From: Obrimoposthia wandeli
Lineage: Eukaryota
Direction: 5' to 3'
DNA length: 64,000 nt
Assembly: GCA_977020255.1 (NCBI GenBank)
Contig: CDROCS010000122.1
Span: forward strand, 310,001 to 374,000
Shown: positions 11,217-22,945 of the stretch, in pieces
Numbering within the stretch: position 1 is the first letter of the stretch
How the letters are laid out: every line of letters begins with the position of its first letter
The notes under the pieces: generated by a model
What the model was told of the DNA's origin: nothing
Database searches by the model: none
Seen by the model: the letters and a program-made list of their open reading frames with translations, nothing else
Program-made: the position numbers and the translations under genes

Positions 11217-12494
11217 CTACAGCAATAACGCTGCAATATTAGCAACTCCTAACCCCGTTGCGCCAGCAGCCCAACGACTATCAGCATTGTCACGGAAGCA
11301 AGCCGCTAAATCAAAGTGAATCCAACTGCTTGTTTCGTTATCAACAAAACGTGATAAGAAAGCAGCAGCGTTAGATGCGCCACCCATTCCACCACCTTTT
11401 TGCGTTCGGCTATTCGCTGTATCCGCATAGTGAGAAGGGCAATTGCTTTGATGCCATTTTTCAAGCGGTAACGGCCATGCTGGCTCATTCACCAGTTCAG
11501 ACAACTCTTGTGCTTTCATTAGCAGCGGCTTATCTAAACCAAATATGGCATTGTAATCGGTGCCTAACGCCATCAAAGCAGCACCAGTTAAGGTCGCAGC
11601 ATCGATGATCAGTGGTGTTTTGGTTTCACTTGCAGCAATTAAACCGTCAGCCAATACCAAGCGCCCCTCAGCATCAGTATTAACAACTTCTACGGTTAAC
11701 CCGTTTTTATACGTTAACACATCACCCAGCTTATAGGCGTTACCAGCAACCATGTTTTCTGCGCAACATAAGATCAACTTCACACGTTGATTTAAACCTT
11801 GCTCGATGGCATAGCCCAATGCGGCTGTTACTGTCGCTGCGCCGCCCATGTCACATTTCATCGTTACCATGCCTGCACTTGATTTCAGGCTATAACCGCC
11901 AGAATCAAAAGTAATGCCTTTACCCACTAAACATGCAGACACAGGTGCGTTGTCATCACCTGTTGGATTGTAATCGAGGGTAAGCATTACTGGTGGTCGA
12001 CTACTTGCACGACCAACGCTGTGCGTGCCTATCCAACCGTTTTCTAGTAGCTGATCACCCACAAGCATTTCATGACGTATTTTATCGCCCGCAATAGATG
12101 ATAAAAATGCTATCGCATCGTTTGCTAGCTTTTCAGGGTACATATCTTCTGGTGTAGCATTAACGACTTGGCGTACCCAATCAGCACTACGACGGCGGGC
12201 ATTAAGCAGTTCTAGCTCATCTTCATCAATCGATGCCCACTTAATCACTACAGATTTCATGGTTGCAGCAAAACCACAATAGAATGCCCACTGACGTTCG
12301 TAGTTCCAACCTTCGCCATCAAGGCTAACGCTTGTTGCACCTTGCGATTGCAGTTGACGCGCAGCCTGCTGGATACGACGTAATGGGAAATCACCACTAA
12401 AGTGAATATCTGCACCGTCTTCTTTATAACTGAGTAATGCCTGTTCTCCCCAAGCCCCTGAGCAGGCTTGCGCTGATAATGTAATCCTTAACAT
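11217..12494 (-). CDS. pepB: M17 aminopeptidase, second PepB paralogue
   Basis: [31 protein letters not shown] metal ligands intact. Confidence 0.88.
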   Translation of the reverse strand: MLRITLSAQACSGAWGEQALLSYKEDGADIHFSGDFPLRRIQQAARQLQSQGATSVSLDGEGWNYERQWAFYCGFAATMKSVVIKWASIDEDELELLNARRRSADWVRQVVNATPEDMYPEKLANDAIAFLSSIAGDKIRHEMLVGDQLLENGWIGTHSVGRASSRPPVMLTLDYNPTGDDNAPVSACLVGKGITFDSGGYSLKSSAGMVTMKCDMGGAATVTAALGYAIEQGLNQRVKLILCCAENMVAGNAYKLGDVLTYKNGLTVEVVNTDAEGRLVLADGLIAASETKTPLIIDAATLTGAALMALGTDYNAIFGLDKPLLMKAQELSELVNEPAWPLPLEKWHQSNCPSHYADTANSRTQKGGGMGGASNAAAFLSRFVDNETSSWIHFDLAACFRDNADSRWAAGATGLGVANIAALLL

Positions 12495-12596
12495 AAAATC
12501 CTTTAAATTTTAATTATACGTTTTCGATAATATGAGAGTCTTAATACTCAGCATTGCTGACCACCATGGAGCATCATGATGGTCGTCTGCTTAAAT

Positions 12597-13883
12597 TTAG
12601 CTAGCTGAATTTAAGATGTTTGCCAATGTACGCACACCCATACCTGTTGCGCCCGCACACCACTTGTCGTTACCACTCTTACGGTAAGTGCCGCTCGCAT
12701 CAATGTGCATCCAACCTTTCTTATAGTCTGTTACAAAGTACGATAAGAACGCTGCAGCGGTACTTGCACCCGGCAAGAAGTCACCACTTGAAATGTTCGA
12801 TAAGTCAGCAAAGTTTGATGACAGCATTCCACGGTGATTTTCCGCTAATGGTAACGGCCATAAGCCTTCATGCTCTTCAGCCGCTGATGCTAATGCTTTT
12901 TGTGATAATACCTGATCGAAACTGAGTAATGCGTGGTAATCATTACCCAGTGCATTTTTCGCCGACCCCGTTAATGTTGCACAGTCAATAATCACTTCTG
13001 GGTTTTGGTTACTTGCGTAAATAAGACCATCAGCAAGCACTAAACGACCTTCTGCATCAGTGTTTAGTACCTCAACCGTTTTACCATTTTTATAAGTAAT
13101 GATGTCGCCGAGTTTAACCGCACGCCCCGACACCATGTTCTCGGCACAGCATAGAATCAATTTAATACGCTTGTTATTACCACGAGCGATCGCAAGTGCT
13201 AAACCACCCGTCGCCATTGCAGCGCCACCCATATCGGCTTTCATTGCTGTCATACCAGCAGAAGGCTTCATGCTGTAGCCGCCCGAATCGAAAGTAATAC
13301 CTTTACCCACGATGCAGGTGTGCACAGGCGCATCAGCATCGCCTGTGGGGTTGTAATCTAGACGTAACATTGCTGCTGAACGTTCTGAACCACGACCAAC
13401 AGTGTGCGTGCCCATCCAACCTTCATCAATCAAGTCATTGCCTTTAATGATTTTAAACGTTACGTGCTCTGGTGCAAGCGACTTAACAAATTCACCCGCA
13501 CGTGCCGCAAGCTGTGAAGGGCGCACAACGTCTGCCGATTGGTTGATAACTTCACGTACCCAATTAGTTGTTTTAATGCGCGCCTGTAGTTCTGCTTCAT
13601 CTTCAGTCTTTAAGGCTTCCCAAGTAACCTGATTACCTGGTTTTGAATTGCGGTGCCCTTGAATGAAAGACCAAATCGATTCTAAGTTCCACTCACTACC
13701 TACTAGTGAAACTTGCTTAATTCCTTGTGTATCCAACTTACGACCAGCACGCTGTAAGGCACTCTCTTGATCGCCAGTTAAGTGAACCGTTGTTCCATCA
13801 ACAGAGAAAGAAAGTAACGCGTTTGTTCCCCATTGCTCAGCAGCAGCATCATGGGATAAGAAAACAGACATAATAGAAGACAT
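12597..13883 (-). CDS. pepB: Aminopeptidase PepB (M17)
   Basis: [32 protein letters not shown]; follows iscX as in enterobacteria. Confidence 0.92.
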   Translation of the reverse strand: MSSIMSVFLSHDAAAEQWGTNALLSFSVDGTTVHLTGDQESALQRAGRKLDTQGIKQVSLVGSEWNLESIWSFIQGHRNSKPGNQVTWEALKTEDEAELQARIKTTNWVREVINQSADVVRPSQLAARAGEFVKSLAPEHVTFKIIKGNDLIDEGWMGTHTVGRGSERSAAMLRLDYNPTGDADAPVHTCIVGKGITFDSGGYSMKPSAGMTAMKADMGGAAMATGGLALAIARGNNKRIKLILCCAENMVSGRAVKLGDIITYKNGKTVEVLNTDAEGRLVLADGLIYASNQNPEVIIDCATLTGSAKNALGNDYHALLSFDQVLSQKALASAAEEHEGLWPLPLAENHRGMLSSNFADLSNISSGDFLPGASTAAAFLSYFVTDYKKGWMHIDASGTYRKSGNDKWCAGATGMGVRTLANILNSAS

Positions 13884-14095
13884 TAGAAATTCCTTGGATT
13901 CTTGATGAGGATATCAGCACAATCGAGACAAGATAGAAAAGACATTATCCTTGTCTCTTACCATTCCCACGCGATAAACGATATGCTTTTTGGTAACAAT
14001 GAGATGACATTTGCCAAATCACCTTAAGCAGGTTTACAGCAAGTTATGGGGGTAATAGTGCGGTTTTACAAGATATTTATAGGTTTAAATACAAC

Positions 14096-14119
14096 AAAGC
14101 GGACCATTAGGTCCGCTTT
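14096..14119. terminator. Terminator after the isc operon
   Basis: AAAGCGGACC-ATTA-GGTCCGCTTT. Confidence 0.7.
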
Positions 14120-14256
14120 TGTATTTCTTTCACTAACTCTGCTCTGTTATCCAACCATAAACAAGTTGTTTACATCAGGATGTAGAGCGAGATCATATTG
14201 TTTTTATTGTTCAATCAAAGGTGGGCAATTGTTCAATAATCACAATATGTAAACGA

Positions 14257-14457
14257 TTAATCTTCTTCTTCCATCCAGCACATTTGCACAGCTTCTAACA
14301 CTCTTTCACTGCAGTGCTTGGGATCGTCATCAAATTCTGCTAAATCCAGAATCCATTGGCGAAGATCGGTAAAAAGAATCAACTTAGGATCCGTTTCTGG
14401 ATACAGCTCAGATAGTTCAATCGCTATTTCTCTAGAATCCGTCCATTTTAAGCTCAT
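14257..14457 (-). CDS. iscX: Fe-S assembly protein IscX
   Basis: LKWTDSREIAIEL...FTDLRQWI...LEAVQMCW. Confidence 0.95.
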   Translation of the reverse strand: MSLKWTDSREIAIELSELYPETDPKLILFTDLRQWILDLAEFDDDPKHCSERVLEAVQMCWMEEED

Positions 14458-14553
14458 GATGCTACCTCTTAATCGTTATAACGTGATTGTCACTAATATC
14501 GTGCTTTTACTTACCTTAATACTCAGGTATCTCGATCAGTAAAAGAACAAAAC

Positions 14554-14892
14554 TTAGTGCTGTTCAGAAGCTAGGTTGATCGTATATTTAGGGATCTCGA
14601 CAACAAGATCCACATCCGCAACCGTCGCCTGACAACCTAAACGGGATTCAGGTTCAAGACCCCATGCTTTATCTAGCATGTCATCTTCTAACTCATCACT
14701 TTCACTCAGCGAATCAAAACCTTCACGAATAACAATGTGACAAGTCGTACATGCGCATGATTTTTCACAAGCATGCTCAATACCAATACCATTACGCAGT
14801 GCTACATCAAGTACTGTTTCACCCGTTTTAGCTTCTAAAATTGCGCCTTCAGGGCAAAGTTCTTCATGTGGTAATACAACGATTTTAGGCAT
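14554..14892 (-). CDS. fdx: ISC 2Fe-2S ferredoxin
   Basis: HACEKSCACTTCH and SRLGCQA. Confidence 0.97.
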   Translation of the reverse strand: MPKIVVLPHEELCPEGAILEAKTGETVLDVALRNGIGIEHACEKSCACTTCHIVIREGFDSLSESDELEDDMLDKAWGLEPESRLGCQATVADVDLVVEIPKYTINLASEQH

Positions 14893-14894
14893 GC

Positions 14895-16748
14895 CTAAAC
14901 CTCATCTATCGATTGACCAGCCAATGCCTGTCGAATAGATTTATCCATTCGACGTGAAGCAAATTCTTGGCTCGCTTTATCAGTTTTCTTAATACCCTGT
15001 TCAATTACTCGGTAGTCTACACCTTTACGAAATTGAACAAGTTCCATCATTACGCCTTCCAGCGTTTCACGCTCTTCTTTTGATAGTAATGTATCACCAT
15101 CGATTGCGAGAGCTGTAATTAGGCCTTCCAATACACGATCAGCTTCAACTTGTTGTTCTGCTAATGTACGTGCATCTTTATCATCTTGCGCGTGCGTCAT
15201 TGATTCACGAATCATGGTTGCAACTTCATCATCACTTAAACCATAAGAGGGTTTAACTTGAATCGATGATTGAACACCACTGCTCTTTTCCATCGCAGTA
15301 ACAGACAGTAAACCATCAGCATCAACTTGATACGTAACTCGAATATGGGCAGCACCAGCCGCCATAGCGGGAATATCACGTAAGGTAAATCGAGCTAAAG
15401 AACGGCAATCGCTGACCATTTCACGTTCACCTTGAACCACATGTACCGACATTGCTGTTTGGCCATCTTTGAACGTGGTAAATTCTTGTGCACGTGCAAC
15501 AGGAATTGTCGTGTTACGAGGGATAATTTTTTCAATCATGCCACCCATTGTCTCTATACCTAAAGACAGAGGAATAACATCAAGCAATAACATGTCGGAG
15601 TCAGGCTTATTACCCACTAGAATATCAGCTTGAATCGATGCACCAATCGCAACAACTTTATCTGGGTCAATCGATGTTAATGGCTCTTTACCGAAGTAAT
15701 TACCCACCATTTCACGTACCAATGGTACACGGGTTGACCCACCAACCATCACCGTTTCAATGATGGCACTAATTTCAATACCTGAATCTCTGATCGCTCG
15801 ACGACAAGACATCAGTGTTTTCTTTACTAACGGCTGAATCAGCGCATTAAACTGTTCACGAGTAACAGAACCTTGCCAATCCAACACATCGATCTGTGCA
15901 GTATCTGCATCTGTTAACGCTATTTTAGCGTCAGTTGCAGCATCTTGTACCATACGCATTTGTTGCGCGGTTAAATCGCCAGTATAGCCCGCTTGTTCTT
16001 TGATCCAGTCTGCCAATAAGTGATCAAAATCATCACCACCCAGTGCTGAATCACCGCCAGTTGCTAATACTTCGAATACGCCTTTCGATAAACGTAAAAC
16101 AGAGATATCGAATGTACCGCCACCTAGGTCATAAACAGCAATAACGCCCTCTTGACCAGAATCTAAACCATAAGCAATCGCAGCTGCTGTTGGCTCGTTA
16201 AGTAAACGCAATACATTGAGGTTTGCAAGTTTAGCCGCATCTTTCGTACCAGCTCGTTGCGCATCATCAAAATACGCCGGAACCGTTATAACGACACCTT
16301 CAAGATCACCACCTAATGTCGCCACAGCGCGTGCATTAAGGGTTTTAAGGATCTCGGCAGAGACTTGTACTGGATTAACTTTACCCGTACGTGTCATTAG
16401 TTGAGGCAAGCCATTATCTGATGCTTCAAATTGATACGGTAAATGCGGATAACGTTGTTGGATATCCGCTAAAGAGCGACCCATCATACGCTTTACTGAA
16501 AAGATAGTATTACTAGGATCTTGCTGAGCAAGCTCTCTGGCTTCATGACCAACAAGCAGGGATTCCTCACCGTAATGAACAATTGAAGGCAAAATAGAGC
16601 GCCCTTTATTATCCTTTAAGGTTTCTGGTACACCACTGCGCACGGCAGCAACGAGAGAATTTGTGGTACCCAAGTCAATGCCCACCGCTAAACGATGTTG
16701 ATGTGGTGCCGCACTCTGACCTGGTTCAGCAATCTGTAACAGTGCCAT
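14895..16748 (-). CDS. hscA: Fe-S chaperone HscA (Hsp70)
   Basis: [26 protein letters not shown]; isc operon context. Confidence 0.97.
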   Translation of the reverse strand: MALLQIAEPGQSAAPHQHRLAVGIDLGTTNSLVAAVRSGVPETLKDNKGRSILPSIVHYGEESLLVGHEARELAQQDPSNTIFSVKRMMGRSLADIQQRYPHLPYQFEASDNGLPQLMTRTGKVNPVQVSAEILKTLNARAVATLGGDLEGVVITVPAYFDDAQRAGTKDAAKLANLNVLRLLNEPTAAAIAYGLDSGQEGVIAVYDLGGGTFDISVLRLSKGVFEVLATGGDSALGGDDFDHLLADWIKEQAGYTGDLTAQQMRMVQDAATDAKIALTDADTAQIDVLDWQGSVTREQFNALIQPLVKKTLMSCRRAIRDSGIEISAIIETVMVGGSTRVPLVREMVGNYFGKEPLTSIDPDKVVAIGASIQADILVGNKPDSDMLLLDVIPLSLGIETMGGMIEKIIPRNTTIPVARAQEFTTFKDGQTAMSVHVVQGEREMVSDCRSLARFTLRDIPAMAAGAAHIRVTYQVDADGLLSVTAMEKSSGVQSSIQVKPSYGLSDDEVATMIRESMTHAQDDKDARTLAEQQVEADRVLEGLITALAIDGDTLLSKEERETLEGVMMELVQFRKGVDYRVIEQGIKKTDKASQEFASRRMDKSIRQALAGQSIDEV

Positions 16749-16786
16749 TATCTTTCCTGTGGAGTTAGTGCTCGGGTGAGAAGCAA

Positions 16787-17302
16787 TTAGTCAAAGAAAG
16801 TCTCTTCAAGACGTTCAATTTCATAGCGCAGCTTATCAATAAATTTTAGCTTACGCACGGCATCTGCCGCTTCTTCCCAATCTTCCTGATTTAATAGTTG
16901 CTCAAGAGCGCTCAATTGCGATTTATATAACACTGTTATTTGCTGTTCAAAGTCGAATAGCGCACTTTCAGGGTCACTGGCATCTGAGATATCTTCAAGT
17001 TCTTCACGCAGCTCCATTTGCTGCATTAAGAATTCAGGATCTTGTAGCGTTTTTTGTTCGCCACGAATATCCATATCTTGCTCAGAAAGCATATATTCAG
17101 CTCGTGAGATTGGATTTTTTAGCGTTTGGAATGCGTCGTTAATTTGCGCTGCTTTTTGGACAGACATTAAACGATCACGTTCTGAAGCTGTAGCGAAATT
17201 ATCAGGATGGAAACGACGTTGTAGTTCCCGGAACTGAGTTGACAGAAGTCCCCCATCCAATTCAAATTGGAAAGGAAGCCTAAATAATTCGAAATGATTC
17301 AT
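16787..17302 (-). CDS. hscB: Co-chaperone HscB
   Basis: J-domain FHPD motif, [17 protein letters not shown]. Confidence 0.97.
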   Translation of the reverse strand: MNHFELFRLPFQFELDGGLLSTQFRELQRRFHPDNFATASERDRLMSVQKAAQINDAFQTLKNPISRAEYMLSEQDMDIRGEQKTLQDPEFLMQQMELREELEDISDASDPESALFDFEQQITVLYKSQLSALEQLLNQEDWEEAADAVRKLKFIDKLRYEIERLEETFFD

Positions 17303-17387
17303 ATCGCGTCTGGTATCTCTAAATACTAAACCTAACTGGTATATATGAAGATATAGCAGTTAGGCTTAGTGGAAACAACTATAGCGA

Positions 17388-17711
17388 TTAAACGTTGAAG
17401 CTTTCACCACAACCACATTCGCTTGATACGTTCGGGTTGTTGAATTGGAAGCCTTCATTTAGCCCTTCTTTAGCAAAATCAAGCTCGGTACCATCAAGAT
17501 AAACAAGGCTTTTCGCATCGATTACGATTCTTACACCCTTCTCTTCGAATACCTCGTCCTCGTCATTGATATCATCAACAAATTCGAGAACGTAAGCCAT
17601 TCCTGAACATCCCGAAGTACGGACACCTAAGCGAAGGCCAAAGCCTTTACCGCGATTCTCAAGGAAAGTAGCTACGCGACCTGCTGCCGCTTCAGTAATA
17701 GTAATGGCCAT
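17388..17711 (-). CDS. iscA: IscA
   Basis: [16 protein letters not shown]. Confidence 0.98.
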   Translation of the reverse strand: MAITITEAAAGRVATFLENRGKGFGLRLGVRTSGCSGMAYVLEFVDDINDEDEVFEEKGVRIVIDAKSLVYLDGTELDFAKEGLNEGFQFNNPNVSSECGCGESFNV

Positions 17712-17729
17712 ACAACAACCCTCAACGTC

Positions 17730-18116
17730 TTAGTTTGCTTCGTGTTTCTTCTTATAATCACTAACTGCGGCTTTAATTGCATCTTCTGCAAGAATAGAGC
17801 AGTGGATCTTCACTGGTGGTAGTTCAAGTTCTTCAGCAATTGCTGAGTTCTTGATAGCTGCCGCTTCGTCTAAACTCTTACCTTTCACCCATTCAGTGAT
17901 CAGTGAACTAGAAGCAATAGCAGAACCACAACCGTACGTTTTAAACTTCGCATCTTCAATGATACCATCATCACTTACTTTGATTTGAAGCTTCATTACG
18001 TCGCCACATGCTGGTGCACCCACCATGCCGCTACCAATGTTTTTATCATTTTTATCGAAAGAGCCCACGTTACGCGGATTCTCATAATGCTCGATGACTT
18101 TTTCACTATATGCCAT
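17730..18116 (-). CDS. iscU: Scaffold IscU
   Basis: GAPACGD, GCGSAIAS, LPPVKIHC. Confidence 0.98.
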   Translation of the reverse strand: MAYSEKVIEHYENPRNVGSFDKNDKNIGSGMVGAPACGDVMKLQIKVSDDGIIEDAKFKTYGCGSAIASSSLITEWVKGKSLDEAAAIKNSAIAEELELPPVKIHCSILAEDAIKAAVSDYKKKHEAN

Positions 18117-18162
18117 GATGATTTCCTCGACATTTGATGATCACAAGTTTATGACCGCTAGA

Positions 18163-19377
18163 TTAGTGGTGTGCCCACTCAACAGAGTTAAGGTCAATAC
18201 CTTCTTTGTGCATATCCCATAATGGCGACATGTCACGCAGTTTTTCTACTGCAGTACGAATCTGTACAATTGCGTAATCAATTTCTTCTTCTGTCGAGAA
18301 ACGACCAAAAGAGAAACGGATTGAGCTATGAGCTAGTTCATCATCTAAACCAAGCGCTCGTAGTACATATGAAGGCTCAAGACTTGCTGAAGTACATGCA
18401 GAACCAGAAGAGACTGCAAGATCTTTCAGTGCCATTAATAAAGACTCACCTTCTACGAAAGCAAAGCTAATATTTAGGTTACTTGATACACGTTGCTCTA
18501 GGTCACCATTGATATGAACTGATTCCATATCTTTTAGACCATCCAGAAGGCGAGTTCGTAGTGCTAATGTATGCACACGATCTTGTTCCATCTCTTCTTT
18601 CGCAATGCGGAATGCTTCACCCATACCAACAATCTGGTGGGTAGCAAGAGTACCAGAACGCATACCACGCTCATGACCGCCGCCGTGCATCTGTGCTTCT
18701 AAACGAATACGAGGTTTACGACGAACGTAAAGCGCACCAATTCCTTTAGGGCCGTAAATTTTATGCGATGTAACTGAAATAAGGTCAACTTTCATTGCCT
18801 GTACATCGATTGGTAGCTTACCGATAGACTGTGCAGCATCAACGTGGAAAACGATTTTGTTTTCACGGCAAAGCTCGCCAATAGCGGTAATATCTTGAAT
18901 TACGCCAATTTCGTTATTTACGTGCATGATAGACATCAAAACGGTGTCTTCACGAATCGCATCACGCAATTTTGCCAAATCAATTAAGCCATTAGCTTCT
19001 GGCGCAAGATATGTAACGTCGAAGCCTTCACGCTCAAGCTGGCGACAAGGGTCTAATACCGCTTTGTGCTCAGTCTTACAGGTAATGATGTGCTTACCTT
19101 TTTTGCTATAAAAACGCGCAGCGCCTTTAATTGCAAGGTTGTTAGATTCTGTTGCACCAGACGTAAAGACAATTTCACGTGGGTCAGCATTCATCAGATC
19201 AGCAACTTGCTCACGCGCTGTATCAACAGCTTCTTCAGCCTGCCAACCGAAACGGTGTGAACGAGAAGCAGGGTTACCGAAGTTCCCATCCATTGTCAGG
19301 CATTGCATCATTTTTTCAGCAACACGTGGATCTACTGGACAAGTAGCGGAATAATCGAAATATATTGGCAATTTCAT
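18163..19377 (-). CDS. iscS: Cysteine desulfurase IscS
   Basis: [13 protein letters not shown] lysine, SSGSACTS; start moved to MKLPIY (GGAG upstream). Confidence 0.98.
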   Translation of the reverse strand: MKLPIYFDYSATCPVDPRVAEKMMQCLTMDGNFGNPASRSHRFGWQAEEAVDTAREQVADLMNADPREIVFTSGATESNNLAIKGAARFYSKKGKHIITCKTEHKAVLDPCRQLEREGFDVTYLAPEANGLIDLAKLRDAIREDTVLMSIMHVNNEIGVIQDITAIGELCRENKIVFHVDAAQSIGKLPIDVQAMKVDLISVTSHKIYGPKGIGALYVRRKPRIRLEAQMHGGGHERGMRSGTLATHQIVGMGEAFRIAKEEMEQDRVHTLALRTRLLDGLKDMESVHINGDLEQRVSSNLNISFAFVEGESLLMALKDLAVSSGSACTSASLEPSYVLRALGLDDELAHSSIRFSFGRFSTEEEIDYAIVQIRTAVEKLRDMSPLWDMHKEGIDLNSVEWAHH

Positions 19378-19408
19378 TTTCATCTCCGAAAACACGGATG
19401 TCTAGCTA

Positions 19409-19927
19409 CTAAGAGCGAACATCGACACCTATAGTGGTGCTACCGTGTGTTTTTTTATGTCCAAAAGACGTTCTTAGCGAACGATTACCTAAGACTTGAT
19501 CTTGACGACCTGAAATCTCTTGAACGTTATTATCTTTCATCAACTCACCAAGAGTGATGTTATTCAAAAAGCCACTGATACGGGAGCTTAAGTCATGCCA
19601 TAAAGTGTGTGTTAAGCAGCGCACGCCACCTTGACAGTCAGCTTTACCATGACATTTTGTCGCATCAACCGATTCATCAACAGCTGCGATAACCATACCG
19701 ACCGCGATATCATTCGCGTCTTCACCTAAGCGATAACCACCACCTGGTCCACGAACACTCGCCACCAAGCCAGCTTTACGTAGGCGTGAGAAAAGTTGTT
19801 CTAAATAAGACAGTGAAATACCTTGTCGTTCGGAAATATCCGCTAAAGGCACTGGACCATCTTGAGAATGCAGAGCGACATCAAGCATCGCAGTTACTGC
19901 ATATCTTCCTTTTGAAGTCAATCTCAT
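19409..19927 (-). CDS. iscR: Fe-S cluster regulator IscR
   Basis: [11 protein letters not shown], three Cys plus His ([16 protein letters not shown]). Confidence 0.97.
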   Translation of the reverse strand: MRLTSKGRYAVTAMLDVALHSQDGPVPLADISERQGISLSYLEQLFSRLRKAGLVASVRGPGGGYRLGEDANDIAVGMVIAAVDESVDATKCHGKADCQGGVRCLTHTLWHDLSSRISGFLNNITLGELMKDNNVQEISGRQDQVLGNRSLRTSFGHKKTHGSTTIGVDVRS

Positions 19928-19968
19928 AACACACCGCTATCCACTTATGTATATAGCACGAGTGTTAC

Positions 19969-20018
19969 ATACCCGACTAAAATGGTCAAGTATTTACTTG
20001 ACTATTTTAGTCAGGCTT
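19969..20018. promoter_or_regulatory. Two adjacent type-1 IscR operators
   Basis: ATACCCGACT-AAAAT-GGTCAAGTAT (19969-19993) and TTACTTGACT-ATTTT-AGTCAGGCTT (19994-20018) match ATASYYGACTRWWWYAGTCRRSTAT. Confidence 0.88.
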
Positions 20019-20039
20019 TAGACCTGACGCACACTAGGG

Positions 20040-20771
20040 TTATTTATCGCGATGTTCTAATGATTTTTCAATAGAAGAAAGGATACCACGCAGAATATTA
20101 AGCTCCTGCTGCTCTGGTCGAGCGCGGGTAAACATGCGGCGAAGTTTGGTCATCACCATGCCGGGATGCTTCTTATTAATGAACTGGGTTTGAATTGTCA
20201 CTTTTTCAAGATGCTCGTAGAACATTTCTAATTCTTTTGCACGCGGGTATTCGTCAATTTTCTTTTCACCTGCGTACTTTTGCGTTTCTAAAAACGCCAT
20301 ACGAACTTCGTAACTAATAGTTTGCACTGCCATTGCTAAGTTCAATGAGCTGTATTCAGGGTTCGCCGGAATATAAACGTGACAATGACATTTTTGTAGT
20401 TCTTCATTGGTCAAACCAGTACGCTCACGACCGAATAAAATAGCAACGGGGTGCACTGCTGCTTCTTCAATTGTTTTGATACCGGATTCACGCGGATCAA
20501 GTTGTGGCCATTCTAATGTACGAGAACGTGCACTTGAGCCAATCACTAAACCACAATCTGCAATTGCTTCATCTAATGTTTTGACGATTTTTGCATTGGT
20601 TACGACATCTGCCGCACCAGCAGCTAAAGCAAGAGACTTGGCGTCTATCTCACAAGCAGGGTCAACAAGAACTAGATTCGTAAGCCCCATCACCTTCATG
20701 GCGCGTGCTGCTGAACCAATATTTCCTGGGTGAGATGTACCAATTAAAACAACGCTTATTTTATCTAACAT
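20040..20771 (-). CDS. trmJ: tRNA Cm32/Um32 methyltransferase TrmJ
   Basis: [38 protein letters not shown] motifs; upstream of iscR. Confidence 0.95.
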   Translation of the reverse strand: MLDKISVVLIGTSHPGNIGSAARAMKVMGLTNLVLVDPACEIDAKSLALAAGAADVVTNAKIVKTLDEAIADCGLVIGSSARSRTLEWPQLDPRESGIKTIEEAAVHPVAILFGRERTGLTNEELQKCHCHVYIPANPEYSSLNLAMAVQTISYEVRMAFLETQKYAGEKKIDEYPRAKELEMFYEHLEKVTIQTQFINKKHPGMVMTKLRRMFTRARPEQQELNILRGILSSIEKSLEHRDK

Positions 20772-20928
20772 GGTTTAGCAATTTCCGACTATTTTTAAGA
20801 GCGGGTGGATTTTAACACAGCCTATAAAGAAGTGGGGAAAACATGTAAAACTAAAGCGTGTTTTTCTACTTTTTTTAGTTTTCGCTAATGATGTTTAAAA
20901 AATAACCACTTCCATTTTGCCCTAGCTC

Positions 20929-20963
20929 TGTTATACTCGCCGCCGATTTTTAGTTCTTTAACA
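20929..20963 (+). promoter_or_regulatory. suhB extended -10 promoter, GC-rich discriminator and boxA
   Basis: TG-T-TATACT (20929-20937), then CGCCGCCG, then GTTCTTTAACA (20953-20963), a boxA; Nus/boxA autoregulation of suhB is known in enterobacteria. Confidence 0.75.
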
Positions 20964-20980
20964 TCCGTTGGGAAGATCCT

Positions 20981-21781
20981 ATGCATCCGATGCTTAATAT
21001 CGCCATTCGCGCTGCGCGAAAGGCTGGTGACCATGTCATTAAATCGTTAGAAAAACCTCAAGGCATTGAAGTTGCCAACAAAGGCAGTGACGTCGTTACT
21101 AATATTGATCATGAAGCTGAAGCTATCATCATCAACTCTATTCTTAAGTCTTACCCTGATCACTGCATTCTTGCAGCAGAGTCTGGTACTAAAGAAGGCC
21201 GTGACAAAGAGTGTCAGTGGATCATCGACCCAGTGGATGGCACCAAAAACTTCGTTCGTGGTTTGCCTCATTACGCTATTTCAATTGCACTACGCATGCG
21301 TGGTCGTACTGAAGTTTCTGTAGTATACGATCCATCTCGTAACGAACTCTTCACTGCAACACGTGGTTCTGGCGCACAGCTTAACAGCCAACGTCTACGC
21401 ACATCACAACCTCGTGACCTTAGCGGTACTATTATTGCTACGGGCTTACCATTCGCAGCTAAACAACATGCAGAAGCGCTTAACAAAGTACAATCAGCAA
21501 TTTTTGCTGAGTGTGACGATATGCGTCAATCTGGTTGTTCAGCACTAGACCTTTGTTACTTAGCAGCAGGTCGTGTTGATGGCGTAGTTAAACTAGGCCA
21601 AAAGCCTTGGGAACTAGCCGCTGGTGAACTAATTGCACGTGAAGCGGGTGCTATCTGTACTGACTTTACTGGTAACACTAACTACCTAACATCTGGCAAC
21701 ATTGTTGCTGGTAATGCACGCGTAGTTAAGCCAATCATCGCTAAAATCCGTGAACACGGTGGCGAAGCATTAGCTAAATAA
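20981..21781 (+). CDS. suhB: SuhB (inositol monophosphatase family, Nus antitermination factor) with an atypical active site
   Basis: MHPMLNIAIRAARKAG, WIIDPVDGTKNF; has AAES where EES is expected and PWE where PWD is expected. Confidence 0.93.
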   Translation: MHPMLNIAIRAARKAGDHVIKSLEKPQGIEVANKGSDVVTNIDHEAEAIIINSILKSYPDHCILAAESGTKEGRDKECQWIIDPVDGTKNFVRGLPHYAISIALRMRGRTEVSVVYDPSRNELFTATRGSGAQLNSQRLRTSQPRDLSGTIIATGLPFAAKQHAEALNKVQSAIFAECDDMRQSGCSALDLCYLAAGRVDGVVKLGQKPWELAAGELIAREAGAICTDFTGNTNYLTSGNIVAGNARVVKPIIAKIREHGGEALAK

Positions 21782-21807
21782 TCGTTTATAACGGTTAAAG
21801 AATTCTG

Positions 21808-21835
21808 AAGCCTCGACTATGTCGAGGCTTTTTTT
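21808..21835 (+). terminator. Terminator after suhB
   Basis: AAGCCTCGAC-TAT-GTCGAGGCTT followed by a T run. Confidence 0.85.
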
Positions 21836-21932
21836 ATGCATATGTAAATCGCTGTTAGCCAGTAAGAATAAATCGATATTCGGGTTAGTTGATACCCATC
21901 GTGATAAACCAATCTGGATAAACCATAGATAC

Positions 21933-21960
21933 AAAAACGGAGCCTATTGGCTCCGTTTTT
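21933..21960. terminator. Bidirectional terminator after secF
   Basis: AAAAACGGAGCC-TATT-GGCTCCGTTTTT. Confidence 0.85.
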
Positions 21961-21986
21961 TATTCATGAAATCGAGCTCTCACCTA

Positions 21987-22934
21987 TTAAGGCATCGCGT
22001 CGAATTCTTCACCTTCTTTTTCTACCTGTGGTGGCATTAGGTGTTCACGAGTGATACCCAATTTCAATGCCAGTGCCGAAGCAACGTAGATTGATGAATA
22101 GGTACCTACCGTTATACCGATCAATAATGCCAAGGCAAAACCGTGGATCATTGTTCCGCCTTTCATAAAGAGAGCGACAACAACAAACAAGGTTGTACCC
22201 GATGTAATCAGCGTACGGCTTAACGTTTGAGTGATAGAACTATTTATCACATCAGGCGCTTCACCCTTTCGCATCTTACGGAAGTTCTCACGAATACGGT
22301 CAAATACAACAATCGTATCGTTTAGTGAGTAACCAACCACAGTCAGCAAGGCTGCAACAATAGTTAGGTCAACTTCCACGTCTAGAAGAGAAAATATACC
22401 AATCGTAATAATGACATCGTGTGCAAGTGCTAATACCGCACCAGCCGCTAAACGCCATTCGAAACGCATCGAGACATAAAGCAAAATACAAATTAGCGAG
22501 ATAATAATCGCCAATCCACCGGCTTCAGCCAGTTCGTCACCCACATTAGGACCAACAAACTCGATACGACGCATTTCAACGCTCTGCCCTGTTCCCACTT
22601 TTAATGCATCGATGATCTGGTTACCCAGTACTTCACCTTTTGCATTTTCACGAGGTTGCAGACGCACAAGTACATCACGAGCAGTACCGAAGTTCTGCAC
22701 GATAGCATCGCCAAAACCCGCAGCTTCTAGTGAATTACGGATTTTAAGCAAATCTGCAGGTTGTTCAAAACCCACTTCAATTAGCGTACCGCCAGTAAAG
22801 TCGAGACCCCAGTTAAGCTTCTTTGTTGCCACTGTGCCAATTGCCACTGCAATCATCATTAGTGAAAAAACAAAAGCAAACTTTGACCAGCGCATAAAGT
22901 CGATCGCATTATCCACTTTCAATAGTTGAAACAT
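21987..22934 (-). CDS. secF: SecF
   Basis: WGLDFTGGT, GYSLNDTIVVFDRIRE, RTLITSGTT. Confidence 0.97.
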   Translation of the reverse strand: MFQLLKVDNAIDFMRWSKFAFVFSLMMIAVAIGTVATKKLNWGLDFTGGTLIEVGFEQPADLLKIRNSLEAAGFGDAIVQNFGTARDVLVRLQPRENAKGEVLGNQIIDALKVGTGQSVEMRRIEFVGPNVGDELAEAGGLAIIISLICILLYVSMRFEWRLAAGAVLALAHDVIITIGIFSLLDVEVDLTIVAALLTVVGYSLNDTIVVFDRIRENFRKMRKGEAPDVINSSITQTLSRTLITSGTTLFVVVALFMKGGTMIHGFALALLIGITVGTYSSIYVASALALKLGITREHLMPPQVEKEGEEFDAMP

Positions 22935-22945
22935 GTTTGCGCCTC

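Noticed and set aside
13925-13957. GAGACAAG/CTTGTCTC hairpin in the pepB upstream region
   Set aside because: Single stem with a large loop and no other support for function
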